A stretch of 64,000 nucleotides of DNA. It comes from Candidatus Sysuimicrobiota bacterium. Its GTDB lineage: Bacteria > Sysuimicrobiota > Sysuimicrobiia > Sysuimicrobiales > Sysuimicrobiaceae. The notes beneath the pieces are model-generated. The model was not told where the DNA came from, searched no databases, and saw nothing but the letters and a program-made list of their open reading frames with translations. Position 1 is the stretch's first letter. Every line of letters begins with the position of its first letter. Positions 58,308-64,000 of the stretch are shown in pieces. The translations under genes were made by a program, and so were the position numbers. The stretch lies in assembly GCA_040289515.1 (NCBI GenBank), contig PSLI01000004.1, forward strand, positions 11,111 to 75,110, in the 5' to 3' direction.

Positions 58308-58742
58308 ATGCCGGACGGTTGGGCGGGCCCCGGAACGGACGCGGAGCGGCTCCAGGTAAGCCGTGCGCACCTGGAGACCATCGTGGCGCATGCCCGGGCG
58401 GAGCTGCCGAACGAGTGTTGCGGGGTGCTGGCAGGCCGCCACGGTCGCGTGGAGTGGGTGCGGCCAGTGGCCAACGCGGACCGCAGCCCCTACACGTACC
58501 GTATGGACCCGCAGGAGCTGCTACGGGCCTATCGCGAGGCCGACGCGGAGGGGCTGGAGGTGCTGGGCTACTACCACTCCCACCCCGCCACGCCCGCGGT
58601 GCCGTCCCGCACGGACGTGGTGCGGGCCACCGACCCCTTCGCGGTGTACGTCATCGTGTCCTTGGCCACTGATCCACCCGAGATCCGGGCGTACCGGATC
58701 CTGGATGGGCGCTACCGGGAGCTGGAGTTGAGTGTGGCATGA
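58308..58742 (+). CDS. Mec+/JAMM (M67) metallopeptidase
   Basis: PNECCG, YHSHP....PS.TD. Confidence 0.92.
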   Translation: MPDGWAGPGTDAERLQVSRAHLETIVAHARAELPNECCGVLAGRHGRVEWVRPVANADRSPYTYRMDPQELLRAYREADAEGLEVLGYYHSHPATPAVPSRTDVVRATDPFAVYVIVSLATDPPEIRAYRILDGRYRELELSVA

Positions 58743-59197
58743 GGTTCTCCACGCGGGCGGAGTACGGGCTGCGGGCCCTGATTGACCTCGCTTTGTTCGG
58801 GGCAGAAGGTCCGGTGCAAACCCACGACATCGGGCGTCGCCAGGGCCTGCCGGAGCCCTACCTGAACCAGCTGCTGGCGCAGCTGCGGCGGGCGGGACTG
58901 GTGGTGAGCAAGCGCGGGCCCCACGGCGGCCACCGCCTGGCACGTCCTCCGGAGGCCATTCGGCTGCACGAGGTGTTCCGGGTGCTGGAAGGGAGCACCG
59001 CCCCGTGGGAGTGCGTGGATCGCGACGACCCCGCCTGTACGTACGCCTACGGCTGCGGGCTCCGACCCCTGTGGCTGCGCCTGAAGGAGGCTACCGACCA
59101 GGTCCTTCGCAACACCACCCTGGCGGACCTGCTGCCCAGCTTTGTGGCGCCTCTGGAGTCCCGCCCGGCCGGACACCGCACCCGCTCGGTGCTATAA
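58739..59197 (+). CDS. Rrf2 family regulator with three Cys (Fe-S type)
   Basis: [18 protein letters not shown]-x7-C-x5-C, TTLADL. Confidence 0.92.
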   Translation: MRFSTRAEYGLRALIDLALFGAEGPVQTHDIGRRQGLPEPYLNQLLAQLRRAGLVVSKRGPHGGHRLARPPEAIRLHEVFRVLEGSTAPWECVDRDDPACTYAYGCGLRPLWLRLKEATDQVLRNTTLADLLPSFVAPLESRPAGHRTRSVL

Positions 59198-59198
59198 T
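59190..59198 (+). promoter_or_regulatory. Extended -10 promoter for the ECF sigma operon
   Basis: Perfect TGCTATAAT overlapping the Rrf2 stop codon. Confidence 0.55.
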
Positions 59199-59346
59199 CG
59201 ACTTGCGAGCGTCGGTTCGGAACACGATCGGGAACAGGGTTTTCCTGGAAACGCGGGTTGTGTCCGACCGAGTGGGCGGCGGGAGCAAGCCCCGCAGGAG
59301 CGTTGTCCAGGAGGGCCCTGTTCCTCGTTTGTTGCACGGCAGGCGC

Positions 59347-60003
59347 ATGGAGATGCTGGTGGCGCAGCAGCGGCAGTCGGTTCGATCCAGCGAAAGGTCG
59401 GATCCTCCGGCCGGCGGGGAGGCCGACCGCGCGCGGTTTGAGGCCCTGGTGCGGGAGCACCTGGACAGCCTGTACGGGGCGGCCCTGCGCCTAACCCGCA
59501 ATCGCAGCGACGCGGAGGATCTCCTGCAGGAAACCCTCCTGAAGGCGTGGCGGTCCTTCCACACCTTCGCGGAAGGGACCAACGCGCGGGCGTGGCTGTT
59601 TCGCATCCTCATGAACGCCCACATCGACCGGTACCGGAAGACCACCCGGGAGCCGGAGACCGCGGACATGGAGGACGTGGGCGAGTTTTACCTGTACAAC
59701 AAGGTGCAGGAGTCTGAGCTGCTGCGCCGCGTGGGCGACCCCGAGAAGCTCCTGGAGCGGGTGATGGAGCACGAGGTCCGCGAAGCACTGGAATCCCTCC
59801 CGGAACATTTCCGGAGCGTGGTGATCCTGGCGGACCTGCAGGGGTTCTCCTACCGGGAGATCGCGGACATCCTGGGGATCCCCATGGGCACCGTGATGTC
59901 CCGGCTGTTCCGTGGCCGCCGGCTGCTCCAGCGGAAGCTGTGGGACTACGTACGATCCCACCACCGGATCACCGTGGCGGAGGGGGCCGCCGTTGGACTG
60001 TAG
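59347..60003 (+). CDS. ECF sigma factor (SigH/SigR-like)
   Basis: [44 protein letters not shown]. Confidence 0.93.
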   Translation: MEMLVAQQRQSVRSSERSDPPAGGEADRARFEALVREHLDSLYGAALRLTRNRSDAEDLLQETLLKAWRSFHTFAEGTNARAWLFRILMNAHIDRYRKTTREPETADMEDVGEFYLYNKVQESELLRRVGDPEKLLERVMEHEVREALESLPEHFRSVVILADLQGFSYREIADILGIPMGTVMSRLFRGRRLLQRKLWDYVRSHHRITVAEGAAVGL

Positions 60004-60220
60004 GGAGTTCGAGGCCAAGCTGTGGGCGTTCCTCGATGGCGAGCTGGAGGCTGCAGTGTGCGCGGAGCTGCGGGCCCACCTGGAGCACTGCCCCGGCTGT
60101 CTGCAGCACTACCGGTTCGAGGACGCCCTGCGCCTGTTCGTACGCCGCTGCTGCTACGAACGCGCCCCGCAAGCTTTCCGCGACCGGCTGGTCCAGCTGC
60201 TGGCCCGGCTGGAGGAGTAG
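59993..60220 (+). CDS. Zinc-binding anti-sigma factor (RshA/RsrA-like)
   Basis: C...FLDGEL...HLEHCPGC (HxxxCxxC), CC..RAP; soluble. Confidence 0.9.
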   Translation: MDCREFEAKLWAFLDGELEAAVCAELRAHLEHCPGCLQHYRFEDALRLFVRRCCYERAPQAFRDRLVQLLARLEE

Positions 60221-60261
60221 CCCCTGGCCGGCCTGATGTGCCAGGGGCCGGCCTTGGCGCT

Positions 60262-61155
60262 GTGCGGCGAGCTGCCATCGACGTGGGAACCCACTCCGTG
60301 CGCCTGCTGGTGGCGGAGCTGGCAGGCGGTACGGTGCGCCCCGTGCTCCGCCGACTGGAGGTGACCCGGCTGGGGGAAGGGGTGGACCGCACGGGGGTCC
60401 TGCTGCCCCAGGCCATCGGCCGCACCGTGCGCGCGGTGCGGGAGTTTTGGCAGTTGAGCCGGGAGGCAGGCGCGCAGCGCACCGTGGTCGTGGGCACCAG
60501 CGCGGTGCGGGAGGCTGCCAACCGCGCCACCCTCCTTCGCGACCTCAAGCCCTTGCAGGTGCGGATCCTCACGGGGAAGGAGGAGGCGGAGCTGGCCTAC
60601 CTGGGCGTGCGGGCAGGCCTTCCGGGCGTGCCGGACCCGCTGCTGGTGGTGGACGTGGGGGGCGGCAGCACGGAGCTCGTGCTGGGACGTGGGGAACGCG
60701 TGCTGTACAAGGCCAGCCTGCCGGTGGGCTCGGTGCGGCTGACGGAGCGGTACCTGCACGCAGACCCGCCTGCGGAGGTGGAGCTGCAGGCGGTGGAGCA
60801 GGACGTGGCGGACCACCTCGCCGCGCACCGGGCGGCCTTGGCGGGCGCACGGGTGGCTGTGGGCGTGGGCGGGACAATTACCTCCCTGGCCGCGGTGGAC
60901 CTGAGCCTGGACCCGTACGACCCGCAGCGGGTGCACGGGCACCGAATGAGCGCAGGGCGCGTGGATTCCCTGGCGCGTGGGCTGTGCACCATGCCCCTGG
61001 CCTTGCGTCGGCGCCTGCCGGGCTTGATGCCCGAGCGTGCGGACGTGGTGTGCGCGGGCGCCCGGGTGGTACGGACGGCCCTCCAGGTGCTGCAGGTGAC
61101 CGAACTGGTGGTCAGCGAGAGCGACCTTCTGTGGGGAGCCGTGCTCCGCCTGTGA
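60262..61155 (+). CDS. Ppx/GppA family phosphatase
   Basis: IDVGTHS, TSAVREAAN, EEAEL, DVGGGSTE, GGT, RADV. Confidence 0.93.
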   Translation: MRRAAIDVGTHSVRLLVAELAGGTVRPVLRRLEVTRLGEGVDRTGVLLPQAIGRTVRAVREFWQLSREAGAQRTVVVGTSAVREAANRATLLRDLKPLQVRILTGKEEAELAYLGVRAGLPGVPDPLLVVDVGGGSTELVLGRGERVLYKASLPVGSVRLTERYLHADPPAEVELQAVEQDVADHLAAHRAALAGARVAVGVGGTITSLAAVDLSLDPYDPQRVHGHRMSAGRVDSLARGLCTMPLALRRRLPGLMPERADVVCAGARVVRTALQVLQVTELVVSESDLLWGAVLRL

Positions 61156-61200
61156 GGACCCGGCGGGCAGCGGGCGTCTAGCTTGCCGTAGCATGGAGCC

Positions 61201-62676
61201 ATGCGGACCAAGCTGGGACTGCTGGTGGTGGTGCTAGCGGCGGTCGCCGGGCTGCTGTGGTCTCTGGGGGTGGGGTTTCCCAGCGCCCCCGGGCCGGTGG
61301 ACGCGTTCCGGGTTCGGCGCGGCGACCTGGAGGTAACCCTCGCGGTCACGGGGGTGGTGGAGGCCCGCACCGTGGACTTGGCGTTCTCGGTGCCGGGTCG
61401 GCTGCTTCGGGTGGCAGCAGAGGGAGAGCAAGTGGCCGCAGGCCAGGTGGTGGCGACCCTGGAGGCCGGGGAGCTGCAAGCCGACGTGGAGCAGGCCCGC
61501 CACGCGCAGCGGGCCGCGGAGGAGGAGGTCCACCGGGCTCGGGCGCAGGTGCGCGCCAGCATGGAAGAGGTGCGCAGGGCCGCCGGCGCGGTGCAGGCAG
61601 CCCTGGCGCAGGTGCAGCAGGCCCAGGCGAACGTGGGCGTGGCCCGCGCGAGGCTACAGGAGCTGCGGGCGACCCCCCGGCGGGAGGACCTGCAGCAGGC
61701 AGAAGCGGCTTGGAAGGCGGCGCACGCGGCCTGGGAACAGGCCCGCCAGGTGCTCCAGGCGCAGGAGGAGCTGTACCGGCAAGGTGCCACCAGCCGCGCC
61801 CAGTACGATGCGGCACGGGCCCAGCACGACGGCGCGTGGGCGCAGCTGCAGCAGGCGGAGGCCCAGCTGGACCGCGTGCGCTCGGGTCCGTCGCAGGAAG
61901 CCCTCGCGTCCGCCCGGGAGCAGCTTCGCCAGGCGGAAGCGGCGTACCGGGTGGCCCTGGCTCAGCTGGAGCAGGCTCGGGCCGCACGTTCGGCCGCGCA
62001 GGGGGCTTGGGAGCAGGCACGGGCCGTGGCCGCTTCAGCCGTGGAGCGGGCCCGCCAGGCCCAGGCGGCACGGTGGGCTGCGGAGGAGCGGTTGGGCCGG
62101 GCCGTGCTGCGGGCGCCGTTTCCCGCTGAGGTGACCCGCACCTACCTGCGGGAAGGTGCTTACGCCGCGCCGGGTGTGCCCGTCCTCACCCTGACGGACG
62201 CCAGCCGTTGGGTCACCGCGGAGGTGGAGGAGGCGGACGTGGGCAAAATCCGGGTGGGCCAGCGCGCGCGGGTGACGGCAGACGCCTACCCGGGGCTGGT
62301 TCTGACCGGACGGGTTCTCCGGCTGGCAGGTCAGGTGGACACCAAGGTGGGCACCCGGGTGGTGCGGGTACGGGTGGAGCTAACTCCCCCCGCCCGCTTG
62401 CGGGTGGGGACAGGTGTGGACGTGGACGTGGTGGTGCGGAAAGTCCCCCGAGCGCTTTTGGTGCCCCTGGAGGCGGTGGTGTCCGTGGCGGACGGCGGAA
62501 GCCAGGTGTACGTGATCGAAGGGGGCGCGGTACGGGTCCGGTCGGTGCAGATGGGCGAACGCAACGAGGCGTACGTAGCGGTGCTGGCGGGCCTGCGGGA
62601 GGGAGACTTGGTAGCCGTGGCGGAGCCCGGGAGGCTCCGGGACGGCCAGCGGGTGCTGGTGCGGTCGGTGCGATGA
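61201..62676 (+). CDS. Efflux periplasmic adaptor (MacA/HlyD-like) with a long coiled coil
   Basis: N-terminal TM helix, [24 protein letters not shown]. Confidence 0.9.
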   Translation: MRTKLGLLVVVLAAVAGLLWSLGVGFPSAPGPVDAFRVRRGDLEVTLAVTGVVEARTVDLAFSVPGRLLRVAAEGEQVAAGQVVATLEAGELQADVEQARHAQRAAEEEVHRARAQVRASMEEVRRAAGAVQAALAQVQQAQANVGVARARLQELRATPRREDLQQAEAAWKAAHAAWEQARQVLQAQEELYRQGATSRAQYDAARAQHDGAWAQLQQAEAQLDRVRSGPSQEALASAREQLRQAEAAYRVALAQLEQARAARSAAQGAWEQARAVAASAVERARQAQAARWAAEERLGRAVLRAPFPAEVTRTYLREGAYAAPGVPVLTLTDASRWVTAEVEEADVGKIRVGQRARVTADAYPGLVLTGRVLRLAGQVDTKVGTRVVRVRVELTPPARLRVGTGVDVDVVVRKVPRALLVPLEAVVSVADGGSQVYVIEGGAVRVRSVQMGERNEAYVAVLAGLREGDLVAVAEPGRLRDGQRVLVRSVR

Positions 62677-63416
62677 CAGCCGTGGTGGAGCTGCAGGAGG
62701 TGACCAAGGTGTACCGCCTGGGCGCGGTGGAAGTGCGGGCCCTGCGCGGGGTGCGGCTGGTGATCGAGCGGGGGGAGTTCGTGGCCATCATGGGGCCCTC
62801 GGGGTCGGGGAAGTCCACCCTGCTCAACATCGTGGGCTGCCTGGATCGGCCCACGGAGGGCCGCTACCTGCTGGATGGTCAGGACACCCGCCACCTGGAC
62901 GACGACGCCCTCAGCGAGGTGCGGAACCGCAAAGTGGGGTTCGTGTTCCAGACGTTTAACCTGCTGCCGCGGCTTACGGCCCTGCAGAACGTGGAGCTGC
63001 CCCTCCTGTACGCGGGCGTGCCTCGCCCGATGCGACGTCGGCGGGCCGCGGAGCTGCTGGCGCGGGTGGGGCTGTTGGATCGTGCCCACCACCGCCCCCA
63101 GGAGCTATCGGGCGGGCAGCAGCAGCGGGTTGCCATCGCCCGGGCGCTCGCCAACGACCCCGCCATCGTGCTGGCGGACGAGCCCACGGGGAACCTGGAC
63201 AGCCGTTCCGGAGAAGAGGTGCTGGCGTTGTTCCAGGAGCTCAACGACGGGGGGGTGACCATCTTCCTGGTGACCCACGACCGGGAGGTGGCCGAGCACG
63301 CGCGCCGCATCGTCCACCTGCGAGACGGGCGGCTGGTACGGGACGAGCCGGTGGCGTCTCCCCGCAGGGCCCGGGAGGTGCTGGTGCGCATAGCCGCAGG
63401 GCCGGAGGCGTTGTAG
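62673..63416 (+). CDS. ABC transporter ATP-binding protein (MacB/LolD-like)
   Basis: [39 protein letters not shown]. Confidence 0.95.
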   Translation: MTAVVELQEVTKVYRLGAVEVRALRGVRLVIERGEFVAIMGPSGSGKSTLLNIVGCLDRPTEGRYLLDGQDTRHLDDDALSEVRNRKVGFVFQTFNLLPRLTALQNVELPLLYAGVPRPMRRRRAAELLARVGLLDRAHHRPQELSGGQQQRVAIARALANDPAIVLADEPTGNLDSRSGEEVLALFQELNDGGVTIFLVTHDREVAEHARRIVHLRDGRLVRDEPVASPRRAREVLVRIAAGPEAL

Positions 63417-63425
63417 GAGGTCGGT

Positions 63426-64000
63426 GTGGGGCTGCTGGAGGCGCTGCGGGTAGCCCTGGAGGCGCTCCGGGCCAACCTTCTGCGGTCGGTCCTCACCACC
63501 CTGGGGGTGGTGATCGGGGTTGCCGCGGTGATTACCCTGGTGTCCGTCGGGCAGGCAGCCCGCAGCCGCGTGGTGGGGGAGTTCGCCAGATTGGGCCCCG
63601 ACCTGCTGTGGGTACTTCCCGGCAAGGCGGAGGAGGGCCGGCAGTTTGCCCCCCAGGAGGGTCGCCTCACCCTCACCTTCTCGGACGCGGAGGCGGTGCA
63701 GCGGGAGGCCCGCGGGGTGGCGGCGGTCGCGCCGTGGCTTCAGACCTCCATCGAGGTCGCAGGCGGCGGGCGGCGTGAGGTGACCACGGTGATCGGCACC
63801 ACCCCCAGCTACCTGCAGGTGCGGGCCCTGCGGGTGCAAGTGGGCCGGTTCTTACAGGAGGCGGACGAGCAGCGGCGCAAGCGGGTGGTGGTCCTGGGCC
63901 CGGTCCTGGCTGCCCAGCTGTTCCGGTCCCCGGAGCTGGCCCTCGGACGTCGCGTGGTGGTCGCCGGGCGCGCCTTCGAGGTGGTGGGGGTTCTGCGGGC
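63426..64000 (+). CDS. MacB-like ABC permease (partial, runs off the window)
   Basis: ALRANLLRSVLTTLGVVIGVAAVITLVSVG; GRFL...D. Confidence 0.9.
   Translation, partial: MGLLEALRVALEALRANLLRSVLTTLGVVIGVAAVITLVSVGQAARSRVVGEFARLGPDLLWVLPGKAEEGRQFAPQEGRLTLTFSDAEAVQREARGVAAVAPWLQTSIEVAGGGRREVTTVIGTTPSYLQVRALRVQVGRFLQEADEQRRKRVVVLGPVLAAQLFRSPELALGRRVVVAGRAFEVVGVLR

Noticed and set aside
61480-62100. Low-complexity Ala/Gln/Arg repeats
   Set aside because: Normal alpha-hairpin of an efflux adaptor

Overview
This is a very GC-rich bacterial chromosomal segment with almost every gene on the + strand. Gene content and order suggest a thermophilic Armatimonadota-like or other Terrabacteria organism (inference). 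No CRISPR array, transposase, integrase or rRNA is visible. From left to right it contains: a decaying catabolic block (ALDH pseudogene, FadR/GntR, FAH) next to tRNA-Ala(CGC); bcp, PBP1A, yebC-ruvCAB-spoIID, yajC, gdh; hemACDBL fused to a GT2/BshB1/BshC-like triplet and ccmABCDE; an unusual respiratory operon; polyprenyl synthase; a PdtaS/PdtaR-like two-component pair; tatA; radC-mreBCD-mrdA-rodA-rng-alaS-yqgF-mltG; two orphan solute-binding proteins; a roadblock/sigma-factor signalling cluster; a cysteine locus; an ECF sigma/anti-sigma pair; ppx; and a MacAB-like exporter. There are three top candidates for new biology. (1) A Rieske/heterodimeric cytochrome b complex in which one cytochrome b has lost both heme bH ligands and the other carries a 2[4Fe-4S] ferredoxin, followed by an MvhD-like protein and a cbb3 CcoN homolog stripped of its metal ligands. 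(2) An SbnI-like serine kinase embedded in a CysO-CysM-Mec sulfur-carrier cysteine pathway. (3) A GT2 + BshB-like deacetylase + BshC-like ligase module embedded in the heme/cytochrome c maturation operon. All homology calls come from recognising motifs by eye; no database searches were run.
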